This document shows, piece after piece, positions 16,977 to 25,849 of a stretch of DNA of 59,399 nucleotides. The notes below the pieces were generated by a model. The model saw nothing but the letters and a program-made list of their open reading frames with translations, had not been told where the DNA came from and made no database searches. Origin of the DNA: a virus (taxonomy: Duplodnaviria; Caudoviricetes); IMG/VR virus record IMGVR_UViG_3300013126_000036, positions 1-59,399 of that record. One strand, written 5' to 3'. Position numbers and translations under genes: made by a program. Every line of letters begins with the position of its first letter. Position 1 is the stretch's first letter.

Positions 16977-17171
16977 TCAGCCGACGAGCTGATCGTGGGC
17001 CTGAACAGCCGAGATGCGCTCGATCTCAACGTCCTTGAAGATTACCTCTCCAGCAACGCCAACTGGACGACGACCAGTCGACATAGCAAGCTTCTCGGCC
17101 TCAGTCTTATTGTTAGCCTTGACGATTGCTGTTGTTGTTACTGTGAAATACTTCAACTTGTTATCTGACAT
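16977..17171 (-). CDS. 64-aa hypothetical protein, probably highly expressed
   Basis: AAAGG RBS, GC-richer codons, followed directly by a terminator. Confidence 0.8.
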   Translation of the reverse strand: MSDNKLKYFTVTTTAIVKANNKTEAEKLAMSTGRRPVGVAGEVIFKDVEIERISAVQAHDQLVG

Positions 17172-17185
17172 TGTATTACCTTTCG

Positions 17186-17590
17186 TTAATTTGATGGATA
17201 ATTGGTTGCGATATATTCTATCGCATCTTGCATCGATGATGCAAGTTTTGTTGCCATATATTTCAAATAAACTCTATTTTTATTTGAATCGCAGCAGAAA
17301 ACTACTGCAGGCTGATTATTAAACTTAGCCCAAGCTAGTTCAAAATCAGTTCCTATATATGGGCGATCTTTGATCATATACTCAACAAGAAGTATATCGG
17401 CTCTACGTTGTAAAAACAAGTTTTTTTCAACAATTTCTTCTGGAGTTTCATATCCTGTATCGAATATCAAAGTTGGATCAAGAACGTCATAGCCATTCAA
17501 CAATAGCATGTCTGTTGCTGTTTTGCGCCAACTTCTACCGTATTCCTCTACGCCCTCTATGGCTCCTGATAAAAACACCTTAAGCGACAT
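17186..17590 (-). CDS. nucleoside 2-deoxyribosyltransferase-like protein (NDT/Rcl/MilB fold)
   Basis: KVFLSGAI, ADILLV, GTDFELAWA. Confidence 0.8.
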   Translation of the reverse strand: MSLKVFLSGAIEGVEEYGRSWRKTATDMLLLNGYDVLDPTLIFDTGYETPEEIVEKNLFLQRRADILLVEYMIKDRPYIGTDFELAWAKFNNQPAVVFCCDSNKNRVYLKYMATKLASSMQDAIEYIATNYPSN

Positions 17591-17999
17591 ATGAAACTCC
17601 TGGCCAATAATATTCTAAGTTATTTGGTTCATCAAAAAACTGCGAATAATATTCATGATCTTTACGAAGAAGATTTGATCTATGTGATCTATGGAATTCT
17701 TCATTGCCAAACCAAGCCGGCATTACTACTGTTCCTGGTTCTATTTCTTCAAAGTCCATATTATTCCTATATCCACGATTAATCCATTCACGGATAGTCA
17801 TATTCTGATAGAGCTTTAGCGCTGACTCATACCCTGTCCACATAAGTGTCACCGGATGATTGCGCCAACCTTTTGTTGGAGTGCGCTCGAGAAGTATGTT
17901 GAGAACCTGAAAAGTCTCTACACGCTGCTTCCCAAGACGTCTATAGTCCAATACTTCTACAGACTTTTGAAAATCTGCGTATGGTAGAAATGTTTGCAC
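17580..17999 (-). CDS. pyrimidine-dimer DNA glycosylase-like protein (DenV-like, MSMEG_6728 type)
   Basis: MQTFLPY, LDYRRLGKQRVE, GWRNHP, HRSHRSNLLRKD, YYWP. Confidence 0.85.
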   Translation of the reverse strand: MQTFLPYADFQKSVEVLDYRRLGKQRVETFQVLNILLERTPTKGWRNHPVTLMWTGYESALKLYQNMTIREWINRGYRNNMDFEEIEPGTVVMPAWFGNEEFHRSHRSNLLRKDHEYYSQFFDEPNNLEYYWPGVSYVA

Positions 18000-18000
18000 A

Positions 18001-18399
18001 TCAATCCTTTTTGAATTCAGCGAATGTCTTGTCGCCTACACCAAAATATGCTCTGGCTAGACCGGAAGCTATTATAGCTTCATTTAGACACTCTCCTGCT
18101 TCATTCCAAACTTTTGCTAGAACTCTTCCATACTTTTCTTTCTTATCAATAATAGTTTCAATTTTGACTTTATGATTTGCTGCGGTTAGCCATTGGTCAG
18201 TAAATTCTTTTGCCGCTAATCCCATTTTCTTTTCTTCAACATTAGAAGTTCTGCTTTCAGGTGTATTAACTCCATATAAGCGAACTCTACCCTTTTTTAA
18301 GACGTCAAAACCAAGATCAATAATGATATCAAAAGTATCACCATCAACAACCTTTTTTACTTCAGCGTTATATATCCACGGATTTAATTTATCTGACAT
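18001..18399 (-). CDS. thermonuclease (SNase family)
   Basis: VVDGDT, VRLYGVNTPES, KYGRVLA, LNEAIIASGLA. Confidence 0.92.
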   Translation of the reverse strand: MSDKLNPWIYNAEVKKVVDGDTFDIIIDLGFDVLKKGRVRLYGVNTPESRTSNVEEKKMGLAAKEFTDQWLTAANHKVKIETIIDKKEKYGRVLAKVWNEAGECLNEAIIASGLARAYFGVGDKTFAEFKKD

Positions 18400-19293
18400 T
18401 TATATCTCCTTAATTTGATTAACTATCCAATATATTACAGGGGGAACAGCCCCATTGCCACACATTTTATATCTAGCATTATCAGAATTATATTTACCAT
18501 CAGCTCTATATAGAGTATGATTGTCTGGCCAACCCATCAATCTTTCGCATTCTAAAGGTGTAAATTCTCTAACGCATAGACTATCGTTGTCTTCTACTAC
18601 AATTAAATTTTCCCCTCTACTTGAGGGCTTTCCTCCTTTGCCACCGCTTCTAAGGCAGCTAGCAATCTTTTCGGAAAAACACTCTTGTTTGCTAACATTC
18701 TTCTGAGAATTCCCCGAGCCGCTTTTGCTGACAGATAATATTTTTTCGGGACATCTTTGTGCTGTTGCATAATCGAAGACAGATATAAGGTATATTCTTT
18801 TTCTTCGCTGGGGCACTCCAAAGTATTGTGCATCCAGGACTGCCCATTCCGAGAAATGCGCCCCTGCTTCATCCATTTCGTAGAGGACTTGCCCAAAGTC
18901 GGCACCTGCGTTGGATGATAAGGCGCCCGTAACATTTTCCCAGATTGAAATTTTTGGATATTCTCCATTTGTTTTTTCTCTCATCTCTTTAATTATTCTA
19001 ATCGCCTCATAAAATAAAACAGATTGCTCTCCATTTAATCCAATTTTATTACCGGCACTTGATAAATCTTGACAAGGTGAACCAAAAACTATCAAATCTA
19101 CTGCGGGGAGATCATATCCATTAACATCTTTTATATCACGATGCTTTGGAACATTGGGCCAGTGATATGATAACACTTGTTGACAATTTTCATCAATTTC
19201 AACCTGAAAAGTGCACTGCAGACCTGCGCAGTCTAAGCCTATATCTATCCCACCAGCCCCTGTAAACAAAGAACCATAGCTTTTTATGGGCAA
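18400..19293 (-). CDS. DNA (cytosine-5)-methyltransferase (alpha polypeptide)
   Basis: Motif I LFTGAGG, IV GSPCQDLS, VI WENV, VIII PQRRKR, IX TPLECERLMGWPD, X GNG. Confidence 0.93.
   Translation of the reverse strand: MPIKSYGSLFTGAGGIDIGLDCAGLQCTFQVEIDENCQQVLSYHWPNVPKHRDIKDVNGYDLPAVDLIVFGSPCQDLSSAGNKIGLNGEQSVLFYEAIRIIKEMREKTNGEYPKISIWENVTGALSSNAGADFGQVLYEMDEAGAHFSEWAVLDAQYFGVPQRRKRIYLISVFDYATAQRCPEKILSVSKSGSGNSQKNVSKQECFSEKIASCLRSGGKGGKPSSRGENLIVVEDNDSLCVREFTPLECERLMGWPDNHTLYRADGKYNSDNARYKMCGNGAVPPVIYWIVNQIKEI
18603..18968 (-). CDS. overprinted alternative-frame polypeptide inside the methyltransferase (M.EcoHK31I beta-like)
   Basis: 121-aa same-strand ORF with LSSIM...VPKKYYLSAKAARGILRR...PKRLLAAL. 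Confidence 0.65.
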   Translation of the reverse strand: MENIQKFQSGKMLRAPYHPTQVPTLGKSSTKWMKQGRISRNGQSWMHNTLECPSEEKEYTLYLSSIMQQHKDVPKKYYLSAKAARGILRRMLANKSVFPKRLLAALEAVAKEESPQVEGKI

Positions 19294-19294
19294 T

Positions 19295-20086
19295 TTAATC
19301 TCTTTCTATTCCAATGAAATCACAAGCTTTTCTAAATATATCTCTGCTGATTGGAAACTTACCATCTGCCTCACTTCCAACACTCGATGACTTATGCCAG
19401 CTGTGTCCTATAGAAATTGATCCATCATAAAAAACCTTATAGCCTCTATGTCTAGCGAAATAAGAGCACCAAGTTTCTTCATAATAATGTGGCGTAGGAA
19501 GAAATGCTCCCGTAGCGTATGGATACATTTTTCTATATTGCTCATCATTTGTTAGCGAATCCCAAACGCTTCGCCTAATAAAGTAAGCTGAACCAGAAAC
19601 AGTGACGCATTCAACTATGTCTCTATATAAAATATCATTAGGGTCGTGCTCTTTCCAGCCCCTATGCTTTGGAGCAACGTTAGACCCAACAATACCGGCG
19701 TGAGTTATGAAACCATTTTCATCTCTTTGCTTTGGCCCAAGAATATCTATAGACGTATTTTGCGAAAAAGAATCCATGGCTGCGCTAATAGAATAACTGT
19801 CCATCCACACATCAGCATTTAGAAGACATATGATTTCTGAACTACCCATAGCAGCTAGCTGATTACATGCAGCCGAATAACCTATATTATCATTAAATCG
19901 AACACCATCAATATGATATCTTTTATCATTTGATTTTATCCACTCTTGCGTGTCATCAGAGGAATTATTATCTGCTATGTAAAGGTTCCACTTTTTGTCC
20001 ACTAGATGTAAGTCATTATGAAGACAATCTAAAAATCTATTTAATAAATGCCTAGTATTATAATTGACAATACATAAATCAATCAT
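19295..20086 (-). CDS. family 2 glycosyltransferase (WbbL-like)
   Basis: IVNYNT, ADNNSSD, NIGYSAACN, LLNAD, VSGSAYFIRR, YYEET. Confidence 0.88.
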   Translation of the reverse strand: MIDLCIVNYNTRHLLNRFLDCLHNDLHLVDKKWNLYIADNNSSDDTQEWIKSNDKRYHIDGVRFNDNIGYSAACNQLAAMGSSEIICLLNADVWMDSYSISAAMDSFSQNTSIDILGPKQRDENGFITHAGIVGSNVAPKHRGWKEHDPNDILYRDIVECVTVSGSAYFIRRSVWDSLTNDEQYRKMYPYATGAFLPTPHYYEETWCSYFARHRGYKVFYDGSISIGHSWHKSSSVGSEADGKFPISRDIFRKACDFIGIERD

Positions 20087-20351
20087 TGATTACTCTTTCT
20101 GTATCCGTAACTGCAGTAAATGCACTCTGTGGACTCATACCAAAATCAACTAAATTAAGAAATTCATCTTCGGCGTACTCTATGGCGTTTGAACCGTAAA
20201 ATTCAGTTAACCGATTAAGATACTGTCCAATATTTGGTTGATTATTTTTTTGTACTAATTTCTTTTGAGAATTTAATCTACCAACAACTGATCCTATAGC
20301 AAACATCGCTAACAGAAACGCTGCTTTTTCACCATTCTTCATATTCATCAT
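20079..20351 (-). CDS. small membrane-anchored hypothetical protein
   Basis: Hydrophobic segment AAFLLAMFAIGSVVG. Start trimmed to reduce overlap. Confidence 0.6.
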   Translation of the reverse strand: MMNMKNGEKAAFLLAMFAIGSVVGRLNSQKKLVQKNNQPNIGQYLNRLTEFYGSNAIEYAEDEFLNLVDFGMSPQSAFTAVTDTERVIND

Positions 20352-20562
20352 CTTGCATTTCGTGACGATTTTCATGAGCTTGTGCTCTAACCATATCGGC
20401 AACATCTTTGTAGTATTGCACATACTGCTCTTCTGCGTCCATGGAAACAAAATCATAAGTTTCCGCTATATGTAGGGCTACATCATATGGTATGACAATT
20501 GCTGTGTCGTCTACGTTTAATTTTAAACTAATTTTTTTCTTGTATGACTGCTTCTTACTCAT
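20329..20562 (-). CDS. hypothetical protein
   Basis: 77-aa ORF in a coupled operon. Confidence 0.65.
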   Translation of the reverse strand: MSKKQSYKKKISLKLNVDDTAIVIPYDVALHIAETYDFVSMDAEEQYVQYYKDVADMVRAQAHENRHEMQDDEYEEW

Positions 20563-20761
20563 TGCTTTCTTCCTGATTATTTACCTTATGTATACTAATA
20601 CTATCTGTGTCTGGTTCAAATGTTATAAAAAAAACATTTTTATCATCCACTGAATAGCCTTCTGGCGGTGGACTTTCCATCGCAATCTTCTTAGAAGAAC
20701 AACCATATATTTGGCTATGCTCCTTGTAGACTAGAATATAGTTTAATTTAGCTGCTGGCAC
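20555..20761 (-). CDS. hypothetical protein
   Basis: 68-aa ORF in a coupled operon. Confidence 0.65.
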   Translation of the reverse strand: MPAAKLNYILVYKEHSQIYGCSSKKIAMESPPPEGYSVDDKNVFFITFEPDTDSISIHKVNNQEESNE

Positions 20762-21218
20762 TTTTTACCTCTATAGTTTGTACTGAACATTTTTCAAGGA
20801 AAGCCTTAACGTCATGCCAATTTGAATACGCATTGTCACGTATGTAGTATACAGTTTCAACTGTTGAATTTGCAATTAGTTTTGCGCACGAAAAACATGG
20901 AGGCCCATTTACATATAACTTCTTTGGTCTAGAAGAATAGTCTGAATGCAATAAGGCATTGGCTTCTGCGTGAACAGCTATGCAGTTATCGTATACTGAT
21001 CCATTGGGTGAATTTTCTAAATATCTTGGACAACCACCATCTTCACAATGAGGCAATCCTCTAGCGCCACCATTATACCCCATGCCTATAACGTGTCCAA
21101 TATCATCGACCAATATTGCTGCGTATTTCTTTTTGCCACAAGTAGAAAATATTTTAGATATCTGTATACACAAATTCATATACTGAACATCTTTTCTTGA
21201 CGCAAAGTCAATTACCAT
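20748..21218 (-). CDS. dCMP deaminase
   Basis: STC, GYNG, HAEANA, PCFSC zinc-deaminase motifs. Confidence 0.9.
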   Translation of the reverse strand: MVIDFASRKDVQYMNLCIQISKIFSTCGKKKYAAILVDDIGHVIGMGYNGGARGLPHCEDGGCPRYLENSPNGSVYDNCIAVHAEANALLHSDYSSRPKKLYVNGPPCFSCAKLIANSTVETVYYIRDNAYSNWHDVKAFLEKCSVQTIEVKSASS

Positions 21219-21385
21219 ACCAGTAACATCCCAGCTAAAATACCGCCTATCATTGCCAATAAAACAGCAACTCTTTTTTGTCTTGCTTTAACAGAGTCTA
21301 ACGATTGCTGAAATATTTGTAGCGATATACACCAGTTAATTATGAATGAAAATAAGACTAGCTTTAATATATCTAAAATAATCAC
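21212..21385 (-). CDS. 57-aa two-TM membrane protein
   Basis: Translated by hand from a GTG overlapping the thyX stop (MIILDILKLVLFSFIINWCISL...VAVLLAMIGGILAGMLLVW). Confidence 0.65.
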   Translation of the reverse strand: MIILDILKLVLFSFIINWCISLQIFQQSLDSVKARQKRVAVLLAMIGGILAGMLLVW

Positions 21386-22083
21386 AATTCACCAACAAGC
21401 AGTGGTATAGAAACCGGAAACTTATCTATAATCAGATCTCTTACTGCATGGGCGTAGAGTTGTATTTCTTTTTGTGAGTCCTCAGCCAATCTCTGGGAAA
21501 GAAACAGTGCTATTGACTGAAGACTACAAGACCATCTATAAACTACGTACATTCCATAAGCTGGCAAAAATAATCTTGCCTGCTCAGGTGCTACCCCAGA
21601 ATTTATTGCCATGGCATAATGGGCTTCGCCCTGCTCTACATAATCTAGTAGTTGTTGAGTCAATATCGCTCCAGTCCAAGGGTCTACTGGGCCGCCAGAT
21701 CCCTGTTTTCTGTTATCTGGAGCTAGTCTCCAATCATCTTTTGATGGAATATAAAACTCTGGATCCATAGTAATATAACGCCTACTAGATTCATTCCAAG
21801 AATCCATTGTATGGTCTGCGCCAACAACATACTTCCAGTGCTGACGTGCAACCATTAAAGGTGCTTTAAATTCGAATGTAGCAAAAGCGTGTCTGAAGGG
21901 AGACATATGATTTTCTCTAGCCAGAAAGTGCAATAATCGCCCATCTGCTACAGACATTTCCGTAGACTCTTTAGCAAATGAAGCTCTCGCCGCATTCACT
22001 ATAGAAAGATCAGAACCCATAACATCTACGAGTCTAACATATCCTTTATCTAAAACTTCTATTAAATTGCTAACTTTCTCCAT
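21382..22083 (-). CDS. thyX: flavin-dependent thymidylate synthase
   Basis: VLDKGYVRLVD, IVNAARAS, HMSPF, WNESSRRY, PEQARLFLP, QKEI. Start taken at MEKVS. Confidence 0.93.
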   Translation of the reverse strand: MEKVSNLIEVLDKGYVRLVDVMGSDLSIVNAARASFAKESTEMSVADGRLLHFLARENHMSPFRHAFATFEFKAPLMVARQHWKYVVGADHTMDSWNESSRRYITMDPEFYIPSKDDWRLAPDNRKQGSGGPVDPWTGAILTQQLLDYVEQGEAHYAMAINSGVAPEQARLFLPAYGMYVVYRWSCSLQSIALFLSQRLAEDSQKEIQLYAHAVRDLIIDKFPVSIPLLVGEL

Positions 22084-22420
22084 TTTCAGAATCATCCTCT
22101 TCAAAATCTTCATCATCATCAATTGTAAAAATAACAAAATTTTCACTTATAGAATCATTAAAATCTTCAGATATTCTATACAATAAACTCAATTTTTCAA
22201 ACTCTTCACTACCAGGTTGAGCCAAATCAGACTCACCATCATTCATTCCTTCTATTATTTCCGCTATGTTATTAAGAGCATCGATTAAAGATCTTTGCAT
22301 CAACAGCAGCTCTTTAACTGTTAATGGACCATCTTTGAAACAGTTTTCGGAAAAGTCTTTTAATTCGTCTGAATTAATTATCTCAGAAAACTTTTTTTCA
22401 AAATCAGGATCTTCGGACAT
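22070..22420 (-). CDS. acidic hypothetical protein
   Basis: 116 aa with an Asp/Glu-rich tail. Confidence 0.7.
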   Translation of the reverse strand: MSEDPDFEKKFSEIINSDELKDFSENCFKDGPLTVKELLLMQRSLIDALNNIAEIIEGMNDGESDLAQPGSEEFEKLSLLYRISEDFNDSISENFVIFTIDDDEDFEEDDSENGES

Positions 22421-22421
22421 A

Positions 22422-24479
22422 TTACACCTTTGCGTTATCTTTTATGAACTTAATTTCGCATGAATCAGTTGTACAATACTGTTCTCCTACAGCATCGGCG
22501 GCAAGCCCAGCATATATTCCATCCAAATCTATTGGTAATAAATTCTTCGAGGAGTTGTCATAATCACTCTCATCTATCTGCGTATAGGGCATTTGTGGGT
22601 AAACAAAGTTGCCCTGAGGCAAGAATGATACAGTTTTCAGCTGGCCATCGTACATATGGAGAACTGTTCCAACGTGATGCTTTTCTTCCTCTGCGTCAAA
22701 TGATATTGTTACTGAAACAGAATTATCAGACCAATATCTCTGAGCTGTTGCAGCTAAAGACATTTTTTCAAAGATTGTTACATCTTTTTCTGATCTACGA
22801 GCATCTGACTTTATCGGGAAGAAAACGACAGATGTAGTGTCTGGCGATTCAGAAGCTGGCTCTACTCTATAGTTAGCCATTTTAAATAGCGGTAACATTG
22901 GATCATCATTTGCAAATCTTATTGCTCTCAGAAAGTATTTGCCGCCAGGAGTCCAGTGCACTCCTGGAGATTCTCCAGCCAAAATAGAAACTGTACCAGA
23001 AGGCTTTACAGTAGTAGTTTTAATAGACTCACGTATACCTAGCCATTCTGAATAGATATTGTCGTATCTTTGAACGGTTTGATAACCATTGTCTAGCCAC
23101 TCTCTTAATACAGGCAAGCCTAGTCTATCGGCAAAGTTTGCAACACCGGAAACTGATGTACCGATTCTACGATTTCTTTGCATGATAGCATTTGTCTCTT
23201 CCCAGTGAGTTGGAAGAAGCGTTACTGTTTTAGCGTATAAATACGCAAACTTTAGAGTTCTCTTAAAATCCTCTAAAGAATCATGTCTATTTAGATAGGT
23301 TTCAACTAGTGTGCAACACTCATAAGACTCAAGGGATTGCTCTGCGCATGGATTATAACCTGCTACACGATGATCTTTATTATTTGGCGGATCTGCCAAT
23401 CTTCCATATTTTCGTGACATATCCATCCAAATGACACCTGGCTCACCATTTCTGGATATTCCATCAACAATATTTGATAAATCTGTTCCAACAGATGTTT
23501 CTACGGAGTTATTAGACATCCACCCCCAACCAGGGGCTTCCGCTGAATAGGAGTTTCTTTCGGGGAACTTTTCGGAATTTTTAAGATTCAAAAAATCTTG
23601 ATCATCTAAACGACCAATCAAGAGCTCTGCCGATCTACGAACGTTACCAGATACAACGCAAACGCCTATGGTGTTGCCGATATCAGCTATATCAATTCTA
23701 GTTAACTTCTGTCCAGCTCTACCCTCGAACATCTTTCTGATATGGTTGTGAAGCTTTATAAGTGGATCTGCACCTGCTGCAGTACCACCAAATGTTTTAA
23801 TTGGAGTACCTAATGGTCTAATTAAGGAATAATCAAATTCTAATGGGCTTTGATCAGGCTTTAGATATGAATTAATTAAAGCAACCACAGAGTTAACCCA
23901 ACCCTCACGAGAATCTTCGATGGTATCTATGGTCATTGGTCTGGTAGGCTCGTAGATATTAAAGTCTTTGTCAGCACCCTTGTCGTCAAACCCTACGCCT
24001 ACGCCTAGCATTGACGCTTCCATGAGGAAGCCAAATGGCTTAGCTGGATTTGCTTTTGTCATTTCTGAGGTACTGACAAAGGCACAGTTCTGTAGAGCTG
24101 CAGAGTTTCTCTGGACCATCACTATGGGAGTGCCCATGACCCAAAGTCCTCGACCAGGAGGTGTCCATTTCAGATTAAACAATCTATCAAAAGCTTCTTT
24201 GGCGGACGCTTGAGCCTTAATATCATTCCATGGTAGTCTGTTCTTTTTGCAGTGTTCTTTTTGTAGAGAGTACATTCCGTTAATCACTCGCTCACATACA
24301 TCAACCCAAGTTTCTTTGGTGCCATTTTCTTTCATTCTAGAATATGTTCTTAGAAATGTTATTTCACCAACAGAATTACCTGCAGCGTCTGTATAGCCAA
24401 ACGGCGCCTTAATTTTATTATACGCTTCCACGAAATCATCACTTAAACGAAAAGTAAACACAGATGAACCCTCAGACAT
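22422..24479 (-). CDS. nrdJ: class II (adenosylcobalamin-dependent, RTPR-type) ribonucleotide reductase
   Basis: PPGRGLW, LQNC, GNVRRSAE, NPCAEQ, TTVKPSGTVS, C-terminal CTTDSC redox pair. Confidence 0.93.
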   Translation of the reverse strand: MSEGSSVFTFRLSDDFVEAYNKIKAPFGYTDAAGNSVGEITFLRTYSRMKENGTKETWVDVCERVINGMYSLQKEHCKKNRLPWNDIKAQASAKEAFDRLFNLKWTPPGRGLWVMGTPIVMVQRNSAALQNCAFVSTSEMTKANPAKPFGFLMEASMLGVGVGFDDKGADKDFNIYEPTRPMTIDTIEDSREGWVNSVVALINSYLKPDQSPLEFDYSLIRPLGTPIKTFGGTAAGADPLIKLHNHIRKMFEGRAGQKLTRIDIADIGNTIGVCVVSGNVRRSAELLIGRLDDQDFLNLKNSEKFPERNSYSAEAPGWGWMSNNSVETSVGTDLSNIVDGISRNGEPGVIWMDMSRKYGRLADPPNNKDHRVAGYNPCAEQSLESYECCTLVETYLNRHDSLEDFKRTLKFAYLYAKTVTLLPTHWEETNAIMQRNRRIGTSVSGVANFADRLGLPVLREWLDNGYQTVQRYDNIYSEWLGIRESIKTTTVKPSGTVSILAGESPGVHWTPGGKYFLRAIRFANDDPMLPLFKMANYRVEPASESPDTTSVVFFPIKSDARRSEKDVTIFEKMSLAATAQRYWSDNSVSVTISFDAEEEKHHVGTVLHMYDGQLKTVSFLPQGNFVYPQMPYTQIDESDYDNSSKNLLPIDLDGIYAGLAADAVGEQYCTTDSCEIKFIKDNAKV

Positions 24480-25179
24480 TTTGTACTCCTACCTTTTTAA
24501 TATATTGATTGTTTGTTTTATTTAACTCCGCTAATTTTATCTTTTTTATTTGATCTATAGAATAGACTTTGTGTATTTGTTTTTCAAAAAAGTATCCGCT
24601 TCTCCAATTAAATACCTTGTCCACATTTTGCTTATGGTTAATAAATATGTTACAAATAACTGCTCCACCATATGCCTTAACCAAATTGGAAAACTTGATC
24701 TTTAAACTGTTCATGTCTATTTGCGAGCAGTTTTCGCTCTCTTCTGTTCTCTGGTAAAGCCAATTATAAGCCTGTCTAGTTATTGGTGAAACATCGATTG
24801 GATCTATTACCCCAATCTGTATTGCCTGATTTCTAAGCTGAACAACTTTTAGATCTTCTTTAAGAATATCTATATACATTGGAAACCAATCATGTTTATT
24901 GAATTGTGCCCAACCAGTGCACCAAAAAAGTAAATTAGTTGGCGGATCTGGTATGGTTGTATTCTCTATGAATGGGAGTATTGTTGCGCAACTAATAGCT
25001 TTTTTAACGTGCTCTTTGGCTAAGTCTTCATTGCGAAGTTTATTGACAGAATTAGTCCATAGGGTTTTTATTGATTGCTCCCAACTAACGTCAGCGACAT
25101 ATAACTTTAGATATTTCTCTGCGACAGATAATGGCAGAGACTTGTTTGCTATTGCTTCTTGAACCTCTTGTATAGACAT
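24472..25179 (-). CDS. hypothetical protein
   Basis: 235-aa ORF heading the nucleotide-metabolism operon. Confidence 0.75.
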   Translation of the reverse strand: MSIQEVQEAIANKSLPLSVAEKYLKLYVADVSWEQSIKTLWTNSVNKLRNEDLAKEHVKKAISCATILPFIENTTIPDPPTNLLFWCTGWAQFNKHDWFPMYIDILKEDLKVVQLRNQAIQIGVIDPIDVSPITRQAYNWLYQRTEESENCSQIDMNSLKIKFSNLVKAYGGAVICNIFINHKQNVDKVFNWRSGYFFEKQIHKVYSIDQIKKIKLAELNKTNNQYIKKVGVQNV

Positions 25180-25235
25180 CCTTAATCCTAAATAACCTCA
25201 CATAAATTGGTTTAAACATATATATTTGCCAGTAT

Positions 25236-25276
25236 AAAGAGACAGCCCCGTCAATTTCAGACGGGGCCGTTCTTTT
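25236..25276 (-). terminator. GC-rich hairpin (terminator or attenuator)
   Basis: gccccgtc-N7-gacggggc with extended flanking pairing and pyrimidine tails on both strands. Confidence 0.75.
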
Positions 25277-25296
25277 ATCGGCTTTCTGACAGATAC

Positions 25297-25305
25297 ATTA
25301 TATCA
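25297..25305 (-). promoter_or_regulatory. extended -10 promoter TGATATAAT
   Basis: TGnTATAAT in the intergenic region after the holin gene. Confidence 0.5.
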
Positions 25306-25331
25306 CGCCATAGCCACTATATAATACTAAA

Positions 25332-25532
25332 TCAATCTTTTAAAGTCGCTGCGCTTCCTGTGTTACCAATTTTTGTTGCGGCAAAACCTTTGATAACGCT
25401 TATTCCAGCTGCAACTGCAGCAGTTGCTGCCGACTTCAGCTCATCGACTCCGCCAACAGTATAAACTGCTACGAAAGCCTGAACTGCGGTCCATATTGCT
25501 CTTTCGATAATATCTTTGTGTAATTTAGTCAT
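25332..25532 (-). CDS. holin (r1t-type)
   Basis: ERAIWTAVQAF signature and two short hydrophobic helices; 66 aa. Confidence 0.75.
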   Translation of the reverse strand: MTKLHKDIIERAIWTAVQAFVAVYTVGGVDELKSAATAAVAAGISVIKGFAATKIGNTGSAATLKD

Positions 25533-25849
25533 ATAACTCCTTTGTTAAGAATACTTTTTCTAACTAACTTCTCTATAAGAAGATGAAAAGTTAAACCTAA
25601 CCACACTCCTACTGGTATAATTCCTATTAATGGTTTTTCAGTTAATCTCCAAAAAGATCTAGTTAAAGTTTCAATCTTCTTGGACTTTATAGCATACACA
25701 TCGTAAGCTATAATTCCCAATGCTAATGTGCTCCAAGCAGTTAGACCGCTTTTTCGTTCCTGCTTTTCAAGAACTAAAGGAGTAGTTATAGCATCAGAGA
25801 GCTTTAGCCGAAGGGACTCCGTACCACTCTTGAACTTTTTCACGACCAT
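25529..25849 (-). CDS. two-TM membrane protein (lysis-region type)
   Basis: AWSTLALGIIAYD and IGIIPVGVWLGLTFHLL. Confidence 0.7.
   Translation of the reverse strand: MVVKKFKSGTESLRLKLSDAITTPLVLEKQERKSGLTAWSTLALGIIAYDVYAIKSKKIETLTRSFWRLTEKPLIGIIPVGVWLGLTFHLLIEKLVRKSILNKGVI

Noticed and set aside
7094-24479. Inteins or introns in dnaE, the helicase or nrdJ
   Set aside because: Protein lengths are normal, motifs are contiguous, and no intein splice-junction or LAGLIDADG motifs were seen.
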